DNA from: Utricularia gibba
Lineage: Eukaryota > Plantae > Magnoliophyta
NCBI GenBank assembly: GCA_002189035.1
Contig: NEEC01000007.1
Span: forward strand, 1 to 64,000
Direction of reading: 5' to 3'
Length of the DNA: 64,000 bases
A program made the translations under genes and the position numbers. The notes below the pieces were generated by a model that saw nothing but the letters and a program-made list of their open reading frames with translations, searched no databases and was not told where the DNA came from. How positions within the stretch are numbered: position 1 is the first letter of the stretch; every line of letters starts with the position of its first letter. Positions 50,749 through 63,309 of the stretch are shown here, piece after piece.

Positions 50749-53082
50749 ATGGGAAGAACTTGCGAAAATGAGCAGCAGCAAACTGGTGGCACGTTTCCAC
50801 AGTCGCAGTCGTTTGGGCAGCCTTCATCAGAAAGCGGTCTTCCCTCGCAAGGTTTTTATCCTTTCTTCTACTCGCACGCGAGTTTCAGTAGTTTTTTGTA
50901 TTGAATTCATATGCTGTTGCTTCGGAGCTCAGAGCCAATTGAAGCAATCGCCTTAACTCGCGAGGTGGGAAATCATATCAAACAAGGTTTTCTTTACGAA
51001 ATTAATCACTCCCATCTTCCTCCGACAACCCCTCCGCAGCTGAGGTCCATCCGAGTTGCCATGGTGAGACAATAATGACTTTCTCTGAGATTCCTCTTTC
51101 TGTGTGTTTCTTCTATCATGAACCCCTGGGACCTGGATTATCATAGGTTTGCGAGAAGACTGATCTCAGTGTGGCTATAAGGTTTCCAAGCATGGGGTCG
51201 TTGAGAGCATTTTTCAACTACAGTAAAAGGGAAACGCATCCTGCATTGGACGAGAAGTTCGTGATGAGTTACGAATTAGCAGCAATGACTCTTTTCAGAT
51301 TAGTTCCATCCCATGTTTTTTTGGGGAGAAAAGTTTTGAATCTTTCTGGTTGGTTGGCTCACATGAGGAAGTGCCCAAGGATACCAATGCTAACGATGGA
51401 GAGAAGAAAAGCACCTGTTTATCTGTGTTGAAGGAATTTGGGATGGTTAACTGGGGAATCAAGAGGCAAGTGAAGCCTCTCGGAAAGCATATGGAGAATG
51501 ATTGTCGTGATGTAAATGATCAGGATTCTTCAACAAGTTTTGTTAGTGAGGCTGCAGGTTCTGAAACACGAGAAACAAATGTAGCTGCTTTTGACGGAGA
51601 AGAGAAATGTGAAGATGAAGGCCACCACAACAGAAAAGATGTGGAAGAGGAAGCAGAAGGAAAAGAAGAAGACGCATTAGTAGAAGAAGAAGATGAAGGA
51701 AAAGCAGAAGAGGAAGTGGAGGAAGAAGAAGAAGAAGAAGAAGCAGTTGTAGATGAAGAAGGTGAGGAAGGAAATGCGGAAGAAGAAGTGGAGGAGGAGG
51801 ATGAAGAAGCTGACAGCAGCTATGAGAATCAAGAAGCTGAAACTGACCATCCAGAAGAAAAAGAGGTTATGGAGGCTAACGGGAATTTGAAAAGAAAGAG
51901 TTACTCATTCAGAAGCCTTGCAGTCAAGAAAGCGAAGAAAGAAGACAAACGCGAGTTTAAAAAAACAAAACCAAAGTCAAAAAAACGAAAGGGTAGGACA
52001 TCGATTGTTCAACGAGATCCTAAAGGTCGCTGGTCGACGGAAAGGTATTCATTTCTACCTGTAGGCCTTATTGTTGGTATTTAAACTTTGAAAGACGTGC
52101 ATATTCATTTAGGTATAAGCTTGCTGAGAAGAATCTTTTGGCGGTGATGAGGCTTAAAGGAGCGACAGCAGAGAAGCCAATTCTGCGGCCTCAACTGAGG
52201 GCTGAAGCAAGGAAGAAGATAGGCGATACAGGGCTACTGGATCATCTTCTCAAGCATATGGCCGGAAAGCTAGCTCCAGGCAGCCGTGAGAGGTTTAGAA
52301 GGAGGCATAATCCTGATGGAGCGATGGAATATTGGTTGGAAAATGCTGAACTTATTGACATCAGAAAAGAAGCGGGGGTGAGTGATCCCTATTGGGTTCC
52401 ACCTCCTGGTTGGAAGATTGGTGATTCACTTAATCATAACCCTGTGTGCTCAACGGAGCTGAAGCTTTTGAAGGATGAGGTTTCGCAACTGAGGAGGTGA
52501 CGACGTTTCTGCATAGAGTATAGTTATTCTTTTTTTTTTCACTTGGACTTTGAGGGGAAAAATTTTCCTTTTATGCAGACAGCTTGATTTGATGGCAACG
52601 AAGGTGCAGTTGAAGGAAGAAGTTGAAAAGTTGTGGAGGTTACACTTTTGCAAAGTAAAACAGTCGTTTGTTGTTCCATTTGAGAATGGAAACACTTATT
52701 TTGGTTCGATTTCAGGGAGCTTGAAAAGCTGAATTCTGGAAAGAAGCGAGAAGAGTATGTTGCAACTCTGATCTCATCATTGTGCAACATTGGAGCTGCA
52801 CCTGACTCTGTGGTATGCGGGATTTTGAAACTCTTTTCTGGAATCCGAGTTTTGTTGGTTCTGAAATACTAGTTTTTGTCAGGAAAACTGGAACGAGCAG
52901 ATCATGGCCATAACAAAATTCGTGGAAGAAATGGAGGTAGTGAAAAACACACTTCTGCTAGTTTGTGAAAAAAATAAACCACCCATCTGTCAGTAGTTGA
53001 TCCCTACACATTTTTTGCATGTCTCCAATACAAATGCAAGTATCTTGCTCACCAGAAAAACAAGGAGGGGGTGCAAGTGTAG
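50749..53082 (+). CDS. DYAD/SWITCH1/AMEIOTIC1-family meiotic cohesion protein; multi-exon, start uncertain, one apparent 1-bp frameshift
   Basis: YEINHSHLPPTTPPQLRSIRVAM | VCEKTDLSVAIRFPSMGSLRAFF...HPALDEKFVMSYELA, then RWSTER|YKLAEKNLLAVMRLKGAT...LRAEARKKIGDTGLLDHLLKHMAGK...RFRRRHNPDGAMEYWLE...DPYWVPPPGWK. Short terminal exons end in TAG at 53082. Confidence 0.88.
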
Positions 53083-53582
53083 ACTAGCGGCGTTGCGTGG
53101 TGTTGGTCATAGTTGAACAGGGGAATACAAACAGAACGCTAACAAAATAATTAAGGGACCGAGCACCTGAGTTTATAACAATAGAAAATTTATTCATTTG
53201 AAATATCCTGGATAAAACGAATAATCCGGGTGCAACCCAAGTCAGTCTATGCTTCGTCCTGACTGATAATTAATTTGTTATGTCGTTGAACCTGATAATC
53301 GAAATGGGGGAACTGATTCGTTGGAGAGCTTCGGACCTTCTTCCTACCTTGTTGAAAGAAGGGAGGCAAAAATCTGATGATTTTACAGCTTGAGGATGCC
53401 TTACTTAATAAAGCATCCTTTCAAAAGAAAACTAGAATAAGGTACCAGTTCCAAGTTGCTGTTTTTGGCTCTTGCAAGGTTTCCAGTTTGGTGTTTACGC
53501 TGTCCCCAATGAAAATCAAGATATTACCGTTACTGCCCGACCCCTTGGGTTTCATCACATAATCATTAGAACAGAGTTTCCG

Positions 53583-56500
53583 TCATCTGCTACTGCTAGT
53601 TCTCTCCACGGTGGACACACCGTCAACAAATTTTGTCCGGAAAAGGACATTGGCGTTGCTGAACATTCCTTCCTTCAACGAGACTACGATGAACTGCGGA
53701 AGGTAGTAGACAGGAGAATAGTAGAGCCGAAGGCATCTTGGGAATGTACAAGAATCAAATAGCAAGAGAAGACTAACTTGGGAATGAGGAAAGTGACTCT
53801 TGATCATTCTTCCGATGTTTTGAGTGTGACTTTGATCAAGTGCCGCGTCGACCTGTGACGTTTAAGACAGATGATCTATAACAAATCACTGGCATTCATT
53901 CAGTGATGCTTCAAAAAAAAAAAAAAGAAATAAGGTTTTCTCCGGGTACCTCGTCTAGTATATAAAGTGGAGCTGGTTTGAAAAGAAGCAAAGCCAAGAT
54001 TAAAGAAAGCGCAAGTAGAGATCGTTGCCCTCCACTGAGTTCTGACAAGGATTGCTTCCATACATTACCAAAAGCTACCCTAACCTCCAAGCCATCAAGG
54101 AAACTACACCCTTCAGGTGGTTCAAGCTTGGCCATGGTGCCCGGCAAAAGTGTGGAAAATATTGACCCAAAATCTCTGAAAAAAACACAAGCCCAGAATC
54201 ATGGCAAATGTAATACCTCAAACATTTTAAAGGTGGGAATTAGATCTTGTGACAGAATTTTTGCATATGATGAGCTATAAATTAAGATTACAAGAAATGT
54301 ACTTGTTGACTTTAGCCCAGGTTACTTTTAGAGTCTGCTTCTTCTTCTCATCGAGCTCTTCAATAACCATCTTTATTTTTGACTTGTCATTCTGCGTTCA
54401 CACACAGACAAAATTATGTAGAATGCTCATGGATGCTCTTATTTTCAACGCAACTAACCTCAATGATCTTCTTTTTAGATACCAGGTCATTGCACTCATC
54501 TTCAGCTTTCTCAAACATTGTCATGACCTTCTTGTTCACCCTTTTCTCAAGCCTATAGCACGCGATTTTATGATCAACAATTTAACAGCTAACAAGTCGA
54601 AAAAGGTTTTTTGAATGAATGTTTATGTCATCTACATCATACTCACCCAGATTGTAGAGCTTGCAGTTTTTCAAATTCTGCCTTGGCCTTCTGAGGATCA
54701 TGTAATCCAAAATCATAATCTGATCCAGCTCGTCCAAAAATATGCTTCTCTGATGCAATCCAAGGATGTTTCTCCATTAGCTTGTCAACCCTTGACGAAC
54801 AGTCCTTCTGATCCATCTCCATGCGTTTGACCTAGGTGGTAGTAGTAGGGGGACGAGGAAGCATAAACATCAGTGAAGCATATCAAGCTACGAAAAAAAC
54901 TGATACCTCATTTTCCATCTTTTTCCTTTCTAGGTTGGCCTCAGTAATTTTGCGTTGGATTTCCTGCTGTTCATTGATAATGCTAGTAATTTGTGAATCA
55001 CATTCATTCATTTTCCTACGAGCCTCACCAAGTTCAAACTGAGCCACTTCATACTCTTTTCTAACTGAAGCAACCTAATATATCAGGTAAAATTTGATAT
55101 TTTGATTCTTTCTCCCACAAAAAAGTTCATAAAAGAAGACGATATTTGAATCTGTAATAAATTCACCTTAGATCTCTGAGTTTCAACCTCTAAAGTGAAA
55201 TCTGCTATCTGCCTGCTAACAGCTGCTAGTTCGCTTTCCAATGATAATTTCTCTTTTTGAATGACTTCCATTTCCATAATAAATCTCTCTTGCTCACTGT
55301 CGTGCACCTAAGGCATATAGATGACAAACAAAGCCAAGCTAATAGCTCGATGCCATGGTATGAATGGAAGATTCACAATATTCAACTAATAATTGTCGCA
55401 TCCAATTGCTTTCTGAGAACTTGAACATAGTGCACCTACCTTAAGTTTCTTAGAGGCTGCCTGCATCTCACTTTTAAGAGCTTTGATCCTTTTTTCCAGA
55501 TCCTTAAGTCGAGCTTCCCTACTTCCCTCATGTGTGCGAATAGCTTCCTCAAGGAATGATACTTTAGCTAGACAGTCTTGATAGCAACTATCTTTTATTT
55601 TCAAAGCTGATTTTGCTTCCAAAAGATTTTCTTCCAAGTTTTTCACCAACTCACCAAGCTGTATTTCAGGTTAGAAAATGCCCAGATTAAAGATTGAAAA
55701 TAAAGCAGCATCTATAGTGCGCATGAGCTAACACACACAATTCTTAACCTTATAGTGCTCACAATCTCTAGCTCTGTCCTCTGTAAGTGAAAGATCATGT
55801 GACTTGAGTTCCAACTGTCTCTGAAGGTCCTTAAACTTTCTTTGGAGAGGAAGAAGGTGCTTAATCTGAACACAGAAAATAAAGGGTGGGTTGCTTGAAG
55901 ATATTTCATTAGCAAATGGTTGTAAGAAACTCTTCATGAACAAATTGGCCACTTTAAAGGAAAAGAGCAAGAGAAATTCAGAATAACCTTAGCATCAACT
56001 TCAGACTGACGCTTCTGATGAAAAAGGAGCTTTGATTCTGCCTCTGATAAGGCCTCTAACTTCATCAGCAATTCACCTTCACCCCTGAGACAGACTAAAT
56101 TTTAAAATCTTCTGGGTGATATATCTATCTCGTCAAAATCTTTAAAAAATCAGCAAGATAAGTATATAAAAGCACCTGAGCATAAAAACAACTTACTTGC
56201 GACTGCCACCAGTCAAAAGTCCACTTGGTTGGAAAACATCGCCTTCAAGTGTTACGCTGGATGTGCCAATTTTTTTGTTGAAAGCAAGCTGTGAAACATC
56301 TCAATCAGATTAATGGTATCATAATGACCTAAAAATAAATAGGCGAGCTATTTCTCACAAAGAAATTGGTCTTTCATCACCACAACTCAGACTTCAGAGG
56401 TTACCATGGAAATCAATCAGTTATAATTACAAGCCTCCTAGGTCTTAGCTATCAGAATCCAGGTATAACAGCGAAGATTTTATTTATTACAAAATCACGG

Positions 56501-59282
56501 TATTTAAAGTTATCAGGGTCGTGAAAGAAAACCTCTCTGGCAGCATCGGCAGTTTTGCAAACAAATGTGGATCCAAAAACATACTCCATAGCACTCTGCA
56601 TTCCATGCATACATCATAGATGAGAGATCAAACAATATTCCACAAGGAGTTCAGCAGTGAAGCTAACTATGAAAATACAAAATAAATAAAAAATTGAATT
56701 CACAAGCCAAAAGGTGAAAATAGCATACCGCTTGTAATACAAGGAACATATCATAACATCTAACGACACTAATCAGAAATACAATGTACAGAAAATTATG
56801 AAAATAAAATTGAAAAATATTTCTTCAGAACCATACATGAAGCTCTTCATCATATCCAACCAGGGTAAGTGCTACAGAAGCATTTCCTCTGCCAACCTGC
56901 AAAGTAGGATGTCATGCATAGTGTAAAAAAAAACTAACGAGAACATAGCACGCTTGTATAGCAAACGAACCATTTTTTCAGCAGCAAGCTGAACATGTTG
57001 TGGGATAGGGTGGCTTTGAACCTTGTTTAGAGGAATAATCGTCACTCTCTTCTGGAGACCACCCTTTTGGAGAAGTTGCTTTCCGGTTTCCTCTGTGTCT
57101 ACAATAACATTGAAAAGCTTCCCACCAGCAGCAACCTGTATAAAATTTCATATTGACAACAAAAGAACGTTAAAAAATTGAAAAGGCTACTTGAAAACCA
57201 AATGATATTATGAATTTAAAAAACAAACCTCTAAGGCAACCAATGCAGAGCTATCATTCACTTTAATTAGGTTTGCAACCACACCTTTCACTTTTGACTT
57301 GTCAAAGTTTTTCTCAGGGTCATTATAAATGAATTCAACATTAGTCAACTGTGACGATAGTATCCGCTTCTCCTCCTGTAAATTCTGCACTATCTCTAGC
57401 TCCACTGCATGTTCCTATAGTAATGTGATTCCCATATGGAGTCAACATGCAAGTGATTCATAGACTACAATAAGGTCCATTTGGGCGAAACTTTACCTTC
57501 TGAAGAGCTTCCATGGTTCTTTCTTCATAATTAATTGATTCCATTGCATTTTTTAATTTTTCAACATCTTTTCTCATGATGGCTAGCTCATTTTCCACAA
57601 GAGCAGCTTTTTCATGTGTTGATGCTAACAAAGTTCTTTTCTCAGCCAATTCTCCTTCACAGTGGCTTATTTTTATTTGCAACAGCTTCAGTTCGGTCTT
57701 TGCCTTTCCAGCATTGGTCTTAGCATCAACAAGTTGATCTTCAAGACACTTTTCTTCATTTCCATTGCTCTTACCTGCGAATATGCCCTATGGGAAGTCC
57801 AAATTAATGCAAAATCTTCAATTTAGTTCAGAAATTTATCTAGAAATATCTAGGAATTTACATGATACTCCTTCTCATGCTCATCCAAACTTGTTGAAAG
57901 TTCTTGGAAATCTCTCTTTAGAGAGATCGCTCCATCTTCAGCATTTTTAAAAGCATTAGCTCTCTCTTCTGCTGCATGTCTTGATTCTTCTAGATTCTTC
58001 TTAATCTGTGCAGAAACAGCTCGAAAATAACAGTGACACAGATAAAATTGCATGTCTGAATATATTAGATGATACAATGAAGCATGTCTTCATACCTTGG
58101 CTTCAGTTGCCTTCTCAGTTATAATATCATCTTCCAGGTTCTCAAGCACTGAAGTTTCTTTTACCAGAGATCGTGAAAGAGCATCAACTTTATCAGAAAG
58201 CAACTTGATTTCACCACCCATCGCTGCATCCCTTTTGGCGCTTAATTCAGAGACCAGCTGCTCCTTCTCCAGTGCTTCCGCTTGCATCTTTCCAACTGCA
58301 GTATCAATCACCAAAATTTTATTTCGTAATACTTGAACACCTTGAAGTGCATTATCCTTAATCATTTCTGCCTGGGCGTAGTCATATGCAATGCAAAATC
58401 TTCTAAGTCTGTCCAACTCCGCATTTCGATCTGCCCATTGCATGTACTGCATTCTCTCTCTTTTTAACTTCTGAATAGCTGGAAGTATTTCCCGGTCAAG
58501 AAGTTTTTCAATTTCATCAACCTTGCTTTGTTTCTTTTCAAGAGTTTTAAGAGCAGCCTCCTTCTTTGTTTCATACATTCTGGTGCCAGCAGCTTCTTCA
58601 AGCATGGACAAGATTTCAGGAGGCCTCATGTTCAACACTTTTGTGATTCGTCCTTGCATTATGAGGAAATGCGGGTTATTTACATTCAGCTGTACAGAAT
58701 GAAAAAGATTTTGAACACGGCTGGGCTGGGCTAGATGTCCATTGATCAAATACTTATTCCTACCACCAACTACAATCTGCAGATGAAACGAAACATACAT
58801 GAGGGAGAGAAAATAGATGGTAGACCAATGTTCAGCAGCAAAGGCCGTGTTCTTGAAATTCGTAAATGCAGAGTCCACGACTCCCATTAAAATCGAGGTA
58901 TTTAGCTAAAAGGTTGATAAATGATCTTAACAGGCATAATCCTCTCTCCCTCCCCCAAGTTTACCTGGCGCGTAACCGTAATTTCAGGAGAATCCTCGTA
59001 CCCAAGAGGGCTTCGGCCGCGGTCGGAGTTATCAAAAACTATAGACACGGTGGCTTTTGCTATTCCAGCTTGGCCCTGCTTGTACACAAGATCCTGCAGG
59101 TTAGAAGCCCTAACCTGCTGCAAATTTGTAATACCCAACACAAAGCATATCGAATCGAGAATGTTGGACTTTCCAGAACCGTTTAGTCCCGTAATAGCGT
59201 TGAAGTAGGGGTCAAAACCCTGGACGACGGTTTTCGTTGCATACGACTTGAATCCCTCCAAGCAGATCTCCTTTATGTACAT
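53583..59282 (-). CDS. SMC2: Condensin subunit SMC2; many exons
   Basis: [15 protein letters not shown], Walker [25 protein letters not shown] and hinge exons ([27 protein letters not shown]). Signature [13 protein letters not shown], Walker B YILDE|VDAALD and [11 protein letters not shown]. Confidence 0.97.
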
Positions 59283-59427
59283 TTCTTCTTTCAGAGAGTG
59301 TTCAGGGCTCACAAGCTCTTTGAGAGTGATACTACCGAAACTTGAATCCCTCCAAGCAGATCTCCTATATGTACATTTTCTTCATTCAGAGAGTGTTCAA
59401 GGCTCTTCGAGAGTGAAACTACTGAAA
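59247..59427. repeat. Imperfect tandem duplication (94 bp + 87 bp) spanning the SMC2 start codon
   Basis: CTTGAATCCCTCCAAGCAGATCTCCT(T/A)TATGTACATTT...TTCAGAGAGTGTTCA...GAGAGTGA(T/A)ACTAC(C/T)GAAA occurs at both 59247 and 59341. Confidence 0.95.
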
Positions 59428-59733
59428 CAAGCAACTCAAAATGATCCAGACCTCTGTGGCGGGAAATCTTGACAACGACACTCCATGAAAAGTTGGCTCG
59501 CGCGGGCTCCTACACGATGGGCCAACTTCAGGCCTCGGCCCGTTAGGAAACCCAAGTTCGTAAATACGTGGCTAGGATGATGCCGTCAGAAATTCAATTC
59601 ATAGTCACATTCCAGAACAGCAAGACTGAATTTAGGTGTGAAGAATGGTGTAGAATAGAAGTGCGGGAAACCCACGTTACAATGCTCTCTCTGATTTACA
59701 GTGTAAAAGGGGGCCAGGCAGCTCCTCGTTCTT

Positions 59734-62700
59734 TCACTCCAGTCTCACACCGCGCATCTTACAAACCAGGTTAACCGTCGGAAGATCAAGCTGGTTGCCG
59801 GTGTGTGACTTCACCAGATCCTTCATGTGCTCCGCTGGCGTAGAGAAACAAGTGTGGAAGGTGGAGAGAGCAGGTGGAGTAGGCACCGACAGTGCTGATA
59901 GCACATTGCTCAGGTACTCAATATCAACAGCCAGTTGCTCAGCGCCACGATCTGTTATTTTTTGAATCCCCCGTAACTGTTCAATGTAAAGACCAGTGGC
60001 CCCCTCCGCAACCTATCAGCAGTTCAATGGAAAATGCCATGTAAAATGGAATGGATGAGCTCCTCAAGGGGCAAGTATTTACCTTGAACATCCACTCCGT
60101 TGCGAAGAACTGGGCGTCCTCGGCATTGGTGGGACTGCTTGCAATCCCTTCAGCAAGGGGTTCCAGTTGTTGAGGTAAAGTAAGAAGGTATTCACCAACA
60201 TTAGTCACATACGCTTGAGGGTAGGCGCTAAAGCTGGGAAGCGGGAAGGCGCTTGGCTCGTCAACAGAAGACCATATTGGCTGGCGAGACAAATCATAGA
60301 AATGCTGTCTGACTTTCAATATCAGCACATCATATACTAGCTCGTTGACCGCATCCTCAAAAGCTGCTACTCTTTGCAGGGCAAGTGGAAGGGCATGAAA
60401 TCGAGGATCCTTTGACTGCCAAAAGCAAGAGAGAGTGGTTAGAGTAGAACGGGTAAGAGATTAAGTTGATATCAAATGCATGATGCCCTATCCTTGAAGC
60501 CTATGCATTCCCTTTTCCGATACTTTCAGTGCTTTTGAACAATGTTACCCATCAAGAAACAACAGCGCATTTCGGAGAGTAGCCGGCACAATACAAGCTA
60601 GCAGAAAACACCCTGTGTCTGCTAATTACCTGCTCTAGTAGGTTATAAAACTTCCTAGATTTCTCAGGGGCATCAATGAGCTGCAGTGAAGCACTACTAA
60701 TCGAGGCTTTTCCAGCTGTTGATAAATCCATATTGGCATCATCTTTATCGCCATGATGCTTATATTGATCAATACTAAAAGTGTACAGAGAAAGATCAGT
60801 GCTCAAACGAGCAAGTGTTGATCTCACGGAAGCTTCAAAAACTGAAATTCTGCTGTTTAAGCAATTTGCAACCATTAGAATTTGTAAGGCACCCTGAACA
60901 AATGACCATTCCTCGTCACTGGACATGAAATCATTTTTTCTTGGGTTTGATGCTTCCTCTTTCCTCTCTGATCCCGTTTCTCTCTTTGAACCAGCACTAT
61001 CCATTCCCTTATTATCAAGTCCAAACACTGACCTCAAAGACTTTAAGTTTGTCTGAAGAGTAGAGATGTATTGTAACATGACATCATCAAGGACAACTAA
61101 TAGCTCATTCGCCTCAGAACCGCCAGTAAAACTGATGCACCTATCCACCGCAGCTTCAAGAAGAAGAATGACTTGAGGAATAGACTCCTCCATTCTTCGA
61201 ACAGCTTCACTAAGCTCAACACCTTGGACTCCGATGATGCGAGTGCTAAATCCTCTGAGATCCAAACTTAGAATTCCACCAGATAACACTCCATGCTCGA
61301 TTTGTGCATATCTACATATAAACGAGGAACCACTGAGAAAGTGAAACAAAAACCAGAAGCGTCTATGCCATGCGAATCATAGCTAAGTTACCTTTGTTTA
61401 AAGGTTTCATATGGAAGGTAGATTGCCTTAAGTGCATTCAAAAACACCTGAAGATCGGAATCAGCAAACAGATGCTGTATGCTTCTAGAAAAAGTGGTGG
61501 TTACATTGTGCAGTTCTATTAAAGCTTTCAGATGCTTGGCTTCAATTCGGACACCCTTGGGCAAATCACCAGAGAGTATATCCAAGATACCTGAACCCAA
61601 GAGAAACGAGATTGGGGTTTAAATGTAAATCTGGGTAACAAGATATCACAGGGTACAGAGGTACCTTTGGCCAAAGCTTTGGTCTCGGGAACGACATCTC
61701 CAGTAGCAAGATTAACACGGAACACAAAATTTGGGGTAATAGCTGACATTGCCTCAATCAATAAAGTGGGAACAAGAGTTTTATGATCTTCTGGAAAAGC
61801 AAGCATGCACCTGCAGTGGAAAGTTTAAAGGAATAATTTCAATAAGATGAGAATGCCAGGTCCAGCATATTCTTAAGTAAATTATAAAACGCTAAAAATA
61901 TTACCACTTCAATTCCTGCTCGAGATATAGCAATAACTGATCATAAAAACTTGACAACCAGCGTGAGAATGGCAGAAATGGGGTGCTTGACTGCAGCGCA
62001 GAAAGCTCCCCAACCACATTCTTGTCGCTGACCAGCTTAGTGGACTGCTTACTCGAGTCAAATTCGTCCCATAGTTTATTAACAAATTTCAGATGAACCT
62101 TTGTATAGTAATTTTCTAATGATTTAAGCCTGCCAATGCGAGTGAGAATTCCCCGCATCTCCTGAGCAACAGTAACCTGCAAGATAAATCAGATGGAAAA
62201 CAGTTCATCTTATCAGCAACTGAACTAAGTCATCATTAAAAGAATCATCACAATACATTTGCTTAGTAATTCGAAAATAATTAACATTTTCATCGCAAAA
62301 TAGAACAGACTAGAATATACCTTTCTGTTACTCAAAGCATCTATCAGAAGATTCTGAACCATCGAATCTAGCCTATCTTCTAGAACTTCAAGCTGCTTCC
62401 TTATATTAGCAAACTCCGCAACCTGATAAAAAAGAATTCCAATACCATACTGGTCCTTGAAAACAGTCTTGTAAAGTCGGACCAAAATACTACCTCCCCA
62501 ACAGCAGTTAAACAATGCCTCATATTAGCGAGAGTTTCAGCAGCCCGAGGGAGATCACCACTGGCAAATACATCCTCTACAGTGGAGCTAAGTTGAGTCA
62601 AACCGGCAGCATCCTGTGCAGAGGATTAGGAAAGCTCGATTAAGTTGAAAATACAAAAAGCACTGACATTCAAAGTACGTGATATATGCATATACGCATA

Positions 62701-63309
62701 TGACCTGCAGCGTCTCATATGCAGCTTCCATCCTTCGCTTAACTGTATCGACCTTGGAAAGTGTTGCCACCGATTCCGCTGATGACCCCTCTGCCTGCAG
62801 CATACGTCTAAGTCAGCACCCAACACAGTCAATCGCACCCAAACACAGCAGATTTGCCCATCAAATTTTGAAACAATGGGAAGAGATTCTTGGCCACAGC
62901 CAAGGTAAACTCATCGTTGACAAACTAAAGAATCGGCACGCACTGTTTCCCCTACGCCGGAGCCGAGGATTTCCAACATCAATCGAAATAGATAAAACTC
63001 ATGACATCAAAGGATCCAGATAACCTGTTTGATGAAAAGAAGAATGCTAGCGATCGATGAACGCAGAGAGAGCGCGTCATCACGGAGGCGGAGGACATCT
63101 CGGGAGGCTCTTGGAACACGCAAGACGGCAGCAGCGCTCTGCTCTTCGAGCGAGGCGGCGATCTCCTCCGATGCCATCTGCAGCTTCATCTCCAGATCCA
63201 CCAAGTAGTTGTCGACAGGTTCCTGCGGATGCCTATGGTTTACGGCGCCATTTATCCATTTCTTAGGATCGAAATTCTGGTCGGAGAAAGCACTCAAATC
63301 GACCATCAT
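59734..63309 (-). CDS. COG7: Conserved oligomeric Golgi complex subunit 7; multi-exon
   Basis: MMVDLSAFSDQNFDPKKWIN...LVDLEMKLQMASEEIAASLEEQS...RVPRASRDV, VKRRMEAAYETLQ and DLPRAAETLANMRHCL. PQAYVTNVGEYLLTLPQQLEPL, AQFFATEWMFK and GAEQLAVDIEYLSNVLSAL. Confidence 0.96.

Noticed and set aside
1139-59282. BMF3, the DYAD/SWI1-family gene and SMC2 as a cell-division gene cluster
   Set aside because: BMF3 is 50 kb from the other two with many unrelated genes between. SWI1-family and SMC2 adjacency alone is compatible with chance.
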